A DNA stretch of 62,525 bases, counting the filler, from Stramenopiles sp. TOSAG23-3 (taxonomy: Eukaryota), in NCBI GenBank assembly GCA_900128585.1. It is 18 parts of 18 records of this genome, joined end to end, with 100 filler letters (N's around TTAATTAATTAA, not from the genome) between each part and the next. Parts side by side here need not be neighbours in the genome. Positions count along the whole stretch, not along the records: positions 45,279 to 48,652 come from LT644264.1; positions 48,753 to 52,121 come from LT644265.1; positions 52,222 to 55,589 come from LT644266.1; positions 55,690 to 59,057 come from LT644267.1; 14 more parts are not named here. One strand, written 5' to 3'. The notes under the pieces were generated by a model. The model was not told the DNA's origin. It was given only the letters and a program-made list of their open reading frames with translations, and did no database searches. The translations under genes were made by a program, and so were the position numbers. Numbering within the stretch: the first letter of the stretch is position 1; each line of letters begins with the position of its first letter. This document shows positions 46,263-55,814 of this stretch, in pieces.

Positions 46263-47561
46263 ATGGCGCGGTTCACCTGTGTGGTCTCTTGGGTGCTCAT
46301 GTTCACTATTACAGTGCCGGCCAAGACTGTGGAACGGTCAGACCTTGAGCAATTGTTTAAACCGGAAGCCAAAGGGTGGCTTGGTGCAGATGTCGCCCTT
46401 TCAATTCCTCTTGGGGAAATTGGGTGCGCGGGGTATAATGGTAAGTGCTCGAAAGGAGCAACGTATTTGTGGGTTTGGGGAGACACCCTTGTTGGAAGCT
46501 TGGTTGCAGGAGATAGAAATATAACGCGCATGCCGCACGATTCTTTTGGTTTGGTTTCGTTTCCGGAAACGAAAACAGAACTTTCACCCGAGGCAAACAT
46601 TACTTTACCGTTTCTGTCGAAGGCGGCGGAAGACTTGCCAAATGAACCTGAGTTTTTCATCCCGGATTCAAACGCGGGATTTTTTCGCCCACCGACAGAG
46701 GCCGGTCCACCGTATTATTGGGTAGTTGCCGGTATGGTGGGTCCCACGGAAATGATGCAGAAACTATTCTTTATTGCGATGCGTATTCAAAGCATTTCTT
46801 CGGGCCTCGGATTTGAGCAGGTTGGGTCCGATGTAATTGTTGTCGACGATTATAAAACATCAATAGGTGGAGAGTCAGGGTTCATTGCCCCAGCAAATTG
46901 GACGTACAAGACTCGAACATTGCCGAACAGCAATCGCAATTGCACTTGGAACAGCGGTGTAACGATAGCGGCCGGGGACGGGAGGAAACAAAACCCATCA
47001 GGCTCCCCCGACTATGCTGCTTTTGTATATATTGTTGGGCGGTGCCTTTGGTCGGACAGAGGGTTTGGTGGAGCTTTGTCTAGGATTCCAATCGACGACT
47101 TCTTTCAGCTGAACTTTTCGCAGGTGTCATATTTAACGCGCGACGGGGCATGGACCAAACATTTTCAACCAGAAGCCCTGAGAATGCTGTTTCCTTCCAC
47201 CTTTACAGAAGGAGTGTTAACGTTCAACAACCATTTGAATGCGTGGTACATTATGCTTTGCCAATCCACAGGGCCACAAGTGAACATAACCTTTACGGAT
47301 GGCCAAAGTTTATTCTCGAACTGGACCGTGAGCACCGTGTACACAATCCCCCCGCGATATAACAACGCGAGCGCTGGCATTAGCAGTTACGCTGCCAAGC
47401 AACACATTGAATTTGCGCCGACCGAGGCAAAAGAAGAAATCAATGGGCGGTATGTTGTATTTAGCTACAATTCGAACTCTAACCGCGGATTCAAGCCGTT
47501 GGTAAAAGATTTGAGCATTTACACTCCTCGTTTTGTACAAATTGATTTGGACGATTTATGA
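46263..47561 (+). CDS. Secreted DUF4185/DUF5005-like beta-propeller, putative glycoside hydrolase
   Basis: Signal peptide, GWLGADVALSIPL, LWVWGDT, YAAKQH, VFSYNSN and YTPRFV. Confidence 0.7.
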   Translation: MARFTCVVSWVLMFTITVPAKTVERSDLEQLFKPEAKGWLGADVALSIPLGEIGCAGYNGKCSKGATYLWVWGDTLVGSLVAGDRNITRMPHDSFGLVSFPETKTELSPEANITLPFLSKAAEDLPNEPEFFIPDSNAGFFRPPTEAGPPYYWVVAGMVGPTEMMQKLFFIAMRIQSISSGLGFEQVGSDVIVVDDYKTSIGGESGFIAPANWTYKTRTLPNSNRNCTWNSGVTIAAGDGRKQNPSGSPDYAAFVYIVGRCLWSDRGFGGALSRIPIDDFFQLNFSQVSYLTRDGAWTKHFQPEALRMLFPSTFTEGVLTFNNHLNAWYIMLCQSTGPQVNITFTDGQSLFSNWTVSTVYTIPPRYNNASAGISSYAAKQHIEFAPTEAKEEINGRYVVFSYNSNSNRGFKPLVKDLSIYTPRFVQIDLDDL

Positions 47562-47707
47562 AGTAGAAAAAATCGAAATAACCGCCCTGCTTTAATATAT
47601 TTAATAAATATTTTGCTCGAGAAATTTTTTATTTTAAGAACTCTTATTACAACTTAAAAGATGAAATTTCAGCATATGATATAGTCGGGAAGAAAAAAAA
47701 AGATGAT

Positions 47708-47791
47708 ATTTAGCGAAAAATTGGCTGTTATTTTTATTAATAAAAACAAGAAGAAAATTGGCTGTTATTATTTAAAGTAATTAAATTTAGC
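47708..47791 (+). repeat. Dispersed conserved 3'-flank element (partial plus full copy)
   Basis: aaaattggctgttatt occurs twice; the second is followed by aagtaattaaatttagc. Confidence 0.8.
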
Positions 47792-48136
47792 TTTCATTTT
47801 ATATTAATACAGTAGTATGCTGTGATTATGTAAGTAGGGAAAATAAAAAAAATGAAACCTAAAATATTAATTTTGTTTTCTATCTACGTGTAAAATTAAT
47901 ATTTAATTTATAAACAACACGCTACTACTAATTTATTATTAATACCGCCGCCAGTTATTAATTATTTTTTAATAATTTAATTTTGACTAAGAAGAACGGA
48001 CGGACTGAACTACGGAAAAAGTATCATAAAAAGTTATACTATTTGCTTACGTTTTACTGATAAAAAATAGTGATTTAAGACATCCTGTTTGTTTAAAATT
48101 TGAAGGTATAATTTACAAAAATCTTAACTATAGAAA

Positions 48137-48502
48137 ATGAAGATTAAGCAAATTCCAGAAAAAATCAAGCAGACGATTATGAACGTCTTGGAGTATGAAT
48201 TATTCTCATGGGAGACCTTGTATCTTGTTTGGTTTCTTTATCTTTGCTATAGGAAAGAAGGAACAATTATTCTCCTACTGGTTTTTTGGTGGATTAAGGC
48301 AAATGGCGTAATGAAATTTTTAAAGGTTTTGTTGAATATGTACTTTGTTTTTTCAGTTTGGATTGGTTGTGGGCTGATAGCTAAATATCATGGAGATGAT
48401 TTGCGTACATATGGGGAGCAGGTGGTGCCAGTGGGAGGAATAGTTTTTATTATTAGGTATTTCTATTTAATGGTTATAAATAGAGGTGAAAAATTAGAGT
48501 AA
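48137..48502 (+). CDS. Small hydrophobic membrane protein, hypothetical
   Basis: Complete 121-aa ATG-TAA ORF with 3-4 hydrophobic segments. AT-rich. Confidence 0.55.
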   Translation: MKIKQIPEKIKQTIMNVLEYELFSWETLYLVWFLYLCYRKEGTIILLLVFWWIKANGVMKFLKVLLNMYFVFSVWIGCGLIAKYHGDDLRTYGEQVVPVGGIVFIIRYFYLMVINRGEKLE

Positions 48503-48752
48503 AAAGAGCGTAAATTACGACGAAGCCAACAAGGAATTACATTTCTTTAAAACAAAGAAATCACCTAAAAAAGAAGAAGAACCAGAAGAAGAAACAGACG
48601 AAAAAACTCACGTCAGCAATCGTGAATTTTTAGAAGGCAACACGGACACTTCNNNNNNNNNNNNNNNNNNNNNNNNNNNNNNNNNNNNNNNNNNNNTTAA
48701 TTAATTAANNNNNNNNNNNNNNNNNNNNNNNNNNNNNNNNNNNNNNNNNNNN

Positions 48753-51700
48753 GAAGAAACAAATAGCATTTGCTCGCCATCAAGTTGAATACCAAACTCA
48801 CAAGTTTCGTTACTGTCTCTGACAAACAATCCAAATGTGACGATTCCATTCCCCACAAATCGTATTCCTTTACGAAGAGTATGTTCATCGTCGTAGAAAA
48901 TTCCGATACGAAATGGGCCTTTTGTTAATTTAGGTATGTGTATTTGTTGGTGCCAGTCTTTAATCCACTTCCGCACAGTAGCGGGTTTAATTCCGTGATG
49001 TCGTTCTAACGCGTGTCGCATGCGCTTGAAAAAAGCACAGTAAAATTTCTTCAGATCAAAATAATGATTTCCAATTTGCCAACGAAGGCCGCCGTCGGTG
49101 TTCTGCCGAAACCATAGACTTCCGTATGAAAGTTCTTCAAGAATGTTTTTGCTGGATACTGTCAAGCACCAGTTTGAAGTGGACCTTTCGCCGTGTTGGT
49201 TAAATTCAAGGCCAAACTCGCGCTTTTCATTGGGGTGCTGGTACATACCAATTTTGATGTGGTGATGGTTTTGAAAAACGCCCTGGCGAACGATTTTTCC
49301 TTTTACCAGATGCTGGATAATTGTGCCCCTAATAAATCTGCCGGAATCAAAATGCCCAATAAATTCATAGGAGGGCTGGGAGGAGGGGAGTCTTTGGACT
49401 TCTTGTTTCCCGTTCGGGCGGGTCATGGAGCGAAGCGTTAGTTTTCCTTCACCGTGGGGATTGCCATCAATTTTATTGCCATTATACACCAATTTGTAAT
49501 CTGGCTGATCCATATCGGACACTTCCTTCGATTCAAATAAATATCCTTCCAAATGGTCGCCTTTCAACATCCACATGGAATCCATAATTTTAGCGGCTCC
49601 TTCGTTTTCAGTTGCATCAGGAATCGTGAGGTATTGTTTACACATTTGGTATTGTTCACATTTAGCCATGGCGGCAACAGGGAACTTGTTCAACAGTTCC
49701 GGTTTGGAAATCGCAATAGGGCCACACTTGGCTTCTTTCAACCGATCGTCAAGGGCACCATGTGTTTTCCCTGTCAAAACCGCATTGATATCCTTCTCCT
49801 TGGTGATAAACATCACATTGTCTCGGTCTAGTTCGTATTTCTTATGGAGCCAATGAGGCATAACCTTCGTCAGTTCTTTGTAGAATGATGTGAAATCGTT
49901 CGTGTGCCACCTTGTGAATATTTTTTCGGCTCGTTTTTCAGAGCCATAATTGCTACTCAAAAGCCTTTTCCCCCATACGTACGCGAACACAGAGCACAGT
50001 TCGTCCGTCCAAACGAGTGCACCGGGAAAGCCGTACTTTAAGATGTACTGAGGATCGCCCGGGTGGTTTACTTCTTTAAGAAAGCTACCTTTTTCTTTTT
50101 GAAATGAAAAGAAAAGGAGGATGGGATACCAAACAGCGGCCTTCACGTTCTTCCAATGGTGTATGAGTGTGGGGTGTATTTCTCGACGAGCGCGGTCATA
50201 AGATCCACCCCTCACGAAAGGGTTCAGAGCTTTGGAGTACTCCCCACTGAAGCAAGGTGGCCCCTTTTCCCTGTCTTTCAGAACTCGGTAAACCATAGGT
50301 ATGATACCATTATCTCTTTTGCATGCTTTTGTAATAATTTGAGACAAAACGCCTTCTTCCTTTCCCTCTATATGCGCCTTGTAAAACGCAAACAATTTTC
50401 CCTGCCCCCATGGCACGTCAATTGTTTCCGCTCCATTCATGATCGTAGTTTCAGCGCGAATTGAAATTGGAGCTTTAGGGTAGTGATTAAAGGTAATGCT
50501 TTCGTTGCTTATATTCACAAGACGGCCGCCGTATCGAAAGCGAGGGACGTCCTCAACCACGCGCGCAGGAGCGGCGCTGGCCTCTTCGCCGGCTTCCACG
50601 GCGGTAGGCAAATTAGGTGGTGCCGGCCCCGACGCGTCTGGCTCCAACGCCCCTGGGACATCCTTGCCTTTGCCCTCTAGTCCAGGCTCCAAATCGGTTA
50701 CGTCGTCTCCTTTGTCATTGCCCTTCGTTTCGAAGGCGCGACGCATATCAAGGTACGCAGTTTTGACTTGGTCGTCTTCGGGGTTTGGAGGAACAACCAC
50801 GCGCGCAGGAGCGGCGCTGGCCTCTTCGCCGGCTTCCACGACGGTGGGCAAATTAGGTGGTACTGGCGATGGCCCCGATGCGTCTCTTTCCTCATTACCA
50901 CTCGCTAACGCCGACCCATGATTCGCGATGACTCTACGAGGCTGTTTTTCAAGGTTTCTCTGTTTGATTTCCTTAATTAACAGCTTGCGCGTGCGCTGGG
51001 AAAACATGAAATTAGAACAGAATATCTCCGCCTCTTCTTCAGTTGCAAACTCTTTCACCTTTAGTCCTAGACACGTAAAATATATTCCAACAGGGATACT
51101 CACAACTTCGTTCTCCCCTCTTTCGTTCGTTTGCTCTAGTTGAAAGCGAATCCCGCGACTGTCCCTACTGCTTTGTTTTGTCACTTTCACGGAATGCGAA
51201 GGCAACTGAGCCGAATCGACCGACGTGGAGGAGATCTCGTCCAACCTGACCGCCTGAACGGCGGAGGCGATTTCGCCGCCGGGGTTCGTAAAGGAGTAAG
51301 TGGACGGGGATACGGGGCCCACCTTGGGCTGATCCGTTGCGGGGGCGTCGGCGTCGCTGCTGGCGCCACGGAGGCCATCTCCGTGCAATGGCACGACCAC
51401 GGTGGACACGGCCACCGGGGCCTCCTTGCTGGTGGCGGCGTCTGCAGCGGTCGGGGAGGGGGACGGCGTGGTGGACGAGGAAAGACTGGAAGCGCTCGCG
51501 ACAGGCTCCTTCGATAGGGCGAGGGCGTCGTCGGCGGCCTTGTCCGCGATCACTTTGCTCTCGTTGTTCGCCCCCCCTGCAGCAGAAGTTGGTCTTTCGG
51601 CGACCTGGAAATGCACTCCTGGACTCGTGCCGGCTATGGACTCCTTCAACCCCGCAGGCCCCCTGTTGGAGACATTTCCCGGCAAGGCCATGGTATCAGC

Positions 51701-51952
51701 GGTATTCTGTGCAACCCTAGGAGTAGGGCGTACAATGGTGGGACCGGCACTTCGGACTCTCAGGGCACGAGGGAAAACTTCTAGTGGCAACACAGTAATA
51801 TAATCCAGGGGAACGTGCATCGCGTCGGGATACGACCCTTCGGCCGGTAGGCTCGATACAGTTTGTCGCCTATTTGTGCCACACACCACCAAATTATGCT
51901 GGAGCACCCGTCCTTGTTCCGCGGAGGGCAGTCTCGGGGTGTGGCTCCACAT
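48753..51952 (-). CDS. Large hypothetical protein: disordered N-terminus, unrecognised central domain, MORN-like C-terminal repeats; 3'-truncated
   Basis: More than 1060 open codons. YNGNKIDGNPHGEGKL and FIGHFDSGRFIRG are MORN-like. Internal duplication at 50554-50639 and 50794-50885. Confidence 0.75.
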
Positions 51953-52566
51953 TCCCCCCCCGTTCTATTCTTCTTTTGGTTATTACAAATTATATTAATA
52001 CTGGAACTTTTATTTATTTCTTTAACTCTGCTACTTTCTATCGTTTCTTCCTTCTTCTTCTTCCCTTTCTTTCTTAGTTTCCTTTCTACTTTGCTTGCCG
52101 TTTCTTTCCTGGCGCAAGAAGNNNNNNNNNNNNNNNNNNNNNNNNNNNNNNNNNNNNNNNNNNNNTTAATTAATTAANNNNNNNNNNNNNNNNNNNNNNN
52201 NNNNNNNNNNNNNNNNNNNNNGGGTCCGTCCCCCTATATAATTTAAATTAAGATAATAGAGAGATAAAAGCTATTTTTGTCCCCACTTCTTTCTTCTTCT
52301 TCTTCTTCCGCACCACCACCACACCACCACCGACCGACCGACCAAGAAAATAATAATGTAATAAAGAAGTAACATTTGGAATTGGATTTAACCGGAACAA
52401 ATATTAAAATTTCTTTCAATAACAAGTAATTATAAAAAGAAGGAATTGCATGGGGTAGGGAAAGACAGAGAAGGAAAATCGTTTGGAATTGGTATCACTG
52501 CTTAGTGCTTTACGTGAAAGAAAACGAACCACAGTTTATTTTACTACGTTTGCCGTTGAAGTAATT

Positions 52567-53223
52567 ATGGCGGACGAAAAAAACATACGGTCCCTTGGCT
52601 GCCAGCTAGACGAAGTGGACTCGCAAGTATCGGACAGTATTACCACCTTGAATAATTTTTCGCCGGAAAACTTGGTTAAATTTATGAAGCCGGTGATTTC
52701 CTGGCTTATTTCGCCGGGGACGGTTGACCTGATGGGAGAGCTGAGTAAGTTTGCAGGTGAGAGCGGTATTAGTGAAGACGTCAACAAATCGGTGCTCCGT
52801 GGCCTCTTTGCCGTCTTGAAAGGCTCCCTTCGCAACAACTTAAAGTCCCAGCAACTAGAGGAAGACTTGGTCAGCTTAGGTTTGAAAGAAAACCTTGCGA
52901 AAGAAGCAGCGAAAGCGTGGAGCTCTAACATTGCTAGCATTACCCGCTCGACCCTTGGCCAGACGTTGGTAATAAACGAATTAGTAGATATGGATTGGAA
53001 GTTCGGTGTTACGGCCTCGAGCGACGATGTGGAAAGCGTTGGAAGCACGTTTTTGCAGCTTAAGCTTGTCATTAACAAAGGGCTGGAAAGTTCTGCTGGT
53101 GAAAAGGCTGGGGTTGCAAAAGAAATTGTGTATATGGAATTGACATTGCCCCAGTTCTATTCGTTTTTGGCGGAAATGGAGAAGGCAAAAAGTGTTGTGG
53201 AGTTCCTGAGCTCGAACGCATAA
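52567..53223 (+). CDS. COMMD7: COMM-domain protein (COMMD7-like)
   Basis: LVDMDWKFGVTASS...GSTFLQLKL...YMELTLPQFYSFLAEMEKAK. Confidence 0.88.
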   Translation: MADEKNIRSLGCQLDEVDSQVSDSITTLNNFSPENLVKFMKPVISWLISPGTVDLMGELSKFAGESGISEDVNKSVLRGLFAVLKGSLRNNLKSQQLEEDLVSLGLKENLAKEAAKAWSSNIASITRSTLGQTLVINELVDMDWKFGVTASSDDVESVGSTFLQLKLVINKGLESSAGEKAGVAKEIVYMELTLPQFYSFLAEMEKAKSVVEFLSSNA

Positions 53224-53436
53224 TGGTAGCAATAGAGACGGCGAACTTGGGGCGTACCGCCCGGCCTCGCTCTTTGACCTCTATGATTAATTTTCGTGCG
53301 TATCAAAGCCACTCCAGTGGTAAGAGTATTCTTAAGGAAAAAAGATTTTACATAAATATTTTACGATAATTTTACTTAATATTTACCATGCGATTAAAGA
53401 TACTGATACTCTGTCTCTCTCTTGCCCACCATGTAT

Positions 53437-55239
53437 TTACACATCTTTGTCGCATTTGCACGTTGGAGGATTGCAGCAAGGATAAACTTGCGTTAGAAAA
53501 TTCTTCGGGGAGAATATGTCCAGTTGGTTTTCTATGGTAAACTGGTCGGGCATAGAAGACTTGTGTTTCTCCACTGTGGCATGAATTTTTTCAGAAATGG
53601 CGTGGTAAGAAGGAAAATTCTCTGGCGTCAAAAGCACGCTCTCGGACGGATCTTTCTGCAAATCAAATAACAACGGAGGATTGTGGTGAGACACCAAGGA
53701 GCCTGTGCACCCACAAATTGACTCTTTTGGGCACGAGTTGATGCCCTCCTCTGTGTTTGGTGTGGTCCAGTGCATTTTATAACGATTTCCAAGCCGTACG
53801 GCATGAAGCTCCGTGCCACAGTAGTGCGCGAAGAAGCGGGCGTCTAGCAGGTGTTGAGGGATCCCCATTGGTAAGCCATCCGCCCCTTTCTTGTTCGTCA
53901 AAAGGGGGGAAATATCTTTCCCATCGAGGCCACGGGAATCGTAAAGCCGATTCTTCCTCCCTCCTTCTCCCGCCAACGTCCGCTCCACTATCCCGAGGGT
54001 AGTCGGGAAAATGTCCATTGTTGACACGGCAACGTCGACGACTGTTCCGGAGCTTGCCCCGTCCGGCCATCGCATGAGCCCAGGCACTCTCACCCCACCT
54101 TCCCACTGCTGGCCTTTTCCGCCCCGCAGCCATTCCTTTTTGCCGTCGGGCATGAGGACGAAACCAGAGCCCCCGCCCTCTAGGCCACGCTCTAGGAACG
54201 GGCCGTTGTCACTAGTAAACCACACAACAGTATTACTCGCTACGTTCAGGTCATCAAGCGTATTCAAGATTTCTCCAATGCTCCAATCCAACTCCACGAC
54301 GTTGTCCCCGTACTCTCCAGCATCCCCCCCCGTTCCCTGGAACTCCTCGTTGTTGAACAGCGCGGTGTGCACTTTCAAATACGACATGAACAAAAAGAAC
54401 GGCTTCTGGTCTTTGGACGCTACGCTGGAGTGAATGTATCTTGTTGCGTCCGCGGTCAGTCTCTGTGTCATGTTCTGCAGGTTTGCGGGCTGTTGCACGA
54501 TGTCGTAGTTCCTGTAAAGCAAACACATGTCTCGGTTGAGCAGCGTGTACGTCGCTGTGTAGTAGTACCCAGAATAAAAGGAAAGCAAAACCAAAGCTGC
54601 CGAAAGCACATAGTGCATTCGGCTGCCGCCAAAAGCGTACACCGTTGCAAAAAAGGCGAAGACCATCGGCGGCCACACGTGGCTGGTCTTCGACCAGTAA
54701 AATTGCACTAGAGACGACTGGATAAAAATAGTTTTGTTCGGGTCGCAAGTCTGCACGTTCGTAACCCCAAAGCCGTAATACTCGTCAAAACCGTGGCTCG
54801 GAGGCAGAAAAGCCCCATCTTTTCCTATTCCCAAGTGCCATTTGCCGGTCATGTGGGTGCGATAACCTGAGTCTCTCAGTCTCTCTGCTAGGGTAATTTC
54901 GCTGTGCGGCAGCCCTCCTGGTGCGGTGGGGGACATGACGCGAGCGTTGTGGTGGCTGTTCGCCATCCCGAAGCGCTGCGGCAGGCGCCCCGTAAGGAGC
55001 GCTGCGCGACTAGGCGTGCATATGGCCGAACCCGACAACCAGTGCGTAAAGCGCACCCCCTCCTTACCTATACGATCAATATTTGGAGTCTTGTATGAAT
55101 TATTTCCTTGAATCCCTAAATCTCCATAGCCAAGATCATCAACCAAAAACACAATAACGTTTGGAGTGGACGACGCAGCAGTCACCGCGGCGACCACCGT
55201 CGAGAGCAACGCCAGGGCCTTGCCTAACCACGGTAACAT
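53437..55239 (-). CDS. Arylsulfatase, steryl-sulfatase (STS/ARS)-like, with signal peptide and membrane hairpin
   Basis: PNVIVFLVDDLGYGDLG, CTPSRAALLTGR (FGly motif), GKWHLG, FTSDNG and WEGGVRVP. Two internal hydrophobic helices. Confidence 0.95.
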   Translation of the reverse strand: MLPWLGKALALLSTVVAAVTAASSTPNVIVFLVDDLGYGDLGIQGNNSYKTPNIDRIGKEGVRFTHWLSGSAICTPSRAALLTGRLPQRFGMANSHHNARVMSPTAPGGLPHSEITLAERLRDSGYRTHMTGKWHLGIGKDGAFLPPSHGFDEYYGFGVTNVQTCDPNKTIFIQSSLVQFYWSKTSHVWPPMVFAFFATVYAFGGSRMHYVLSAALVLLSFYSGYYYTATYTLLNRDMCLLYRNYDIVQQPANLQNMTQRLTADATRYIHSSVASKDQKPFFLFMSYLKVHTALFNNEEFQGTGGDAGEYGDNVVELDWSIGEILNTLDDLNVASNTVVWFTSDNGPFLERGLEGGGSGFVLMPDGKKEWLRGGKGQQWEGGVRVPGLMRWPDGASSGTVVDVAVSTMDIFPTTLGIVERTLAGEGGRKNRLYDSRGLDGKDISPLLTNKKGADGLPMGIPQHLLDARFFAHYCGTELHAVRLGNRYKMHWTTPNTEEGINSCPKESICGCTGSLVSHHNPPLLFDLQKDPSESVLLTPENFPSYHAISEKIHATVEKHKSSMPDQFTIENQLDIFSPKNFLTQVYPCCNPPTCKCDKDV

Positions 55240-55814
55240 TGGCAAATCGTTTTGTATCCAAACAAGACAGCGAGGGTGGGTTAAAATGTTCCTTCTGGTA
55301 TATTGTATCGTGCTAACAATACAATATCTATATTCAAAAATATACCAGGGATTTGTCACCCGAAGACTTCTTTTTGTCTTTTTCAATCTTTCACACAAAA
55401 ATGTCGTACCAAATTGGATTCACGTATTAGAGAACAACAATAATGCGGACCGACGACGAAAAGAAGGAGACGACGACGACATCTTCTTTTTAAAAAAATT
55501 TAGTAGAAGACGATTAAAAAAATTATAATAGAAGAAGGGGACAGCAGTAGGCGGAAAGAAAGAAAATAGAGCGCTAATAACATCATCATNNNNNNNNNNN
55601 NNNNNNNNNNNNNNNNNNNNNNNNNNNNNNNNNTTAATTAATTAANNNNNNNNNNNNNNNNNNNNNNNNNNNNNNNNNNNNNNNNNNNNGTGTTTTTTCA
55701 TATCATACTCGTATCATAAAAACAAAAAACTGGCTGTCATAAATTTAATCTCCCTCGCATGTACCTCGAAAATGAATCTGCTCATTTTGTCCATTAAAGG
55801 CCAATTTTTTGTTT

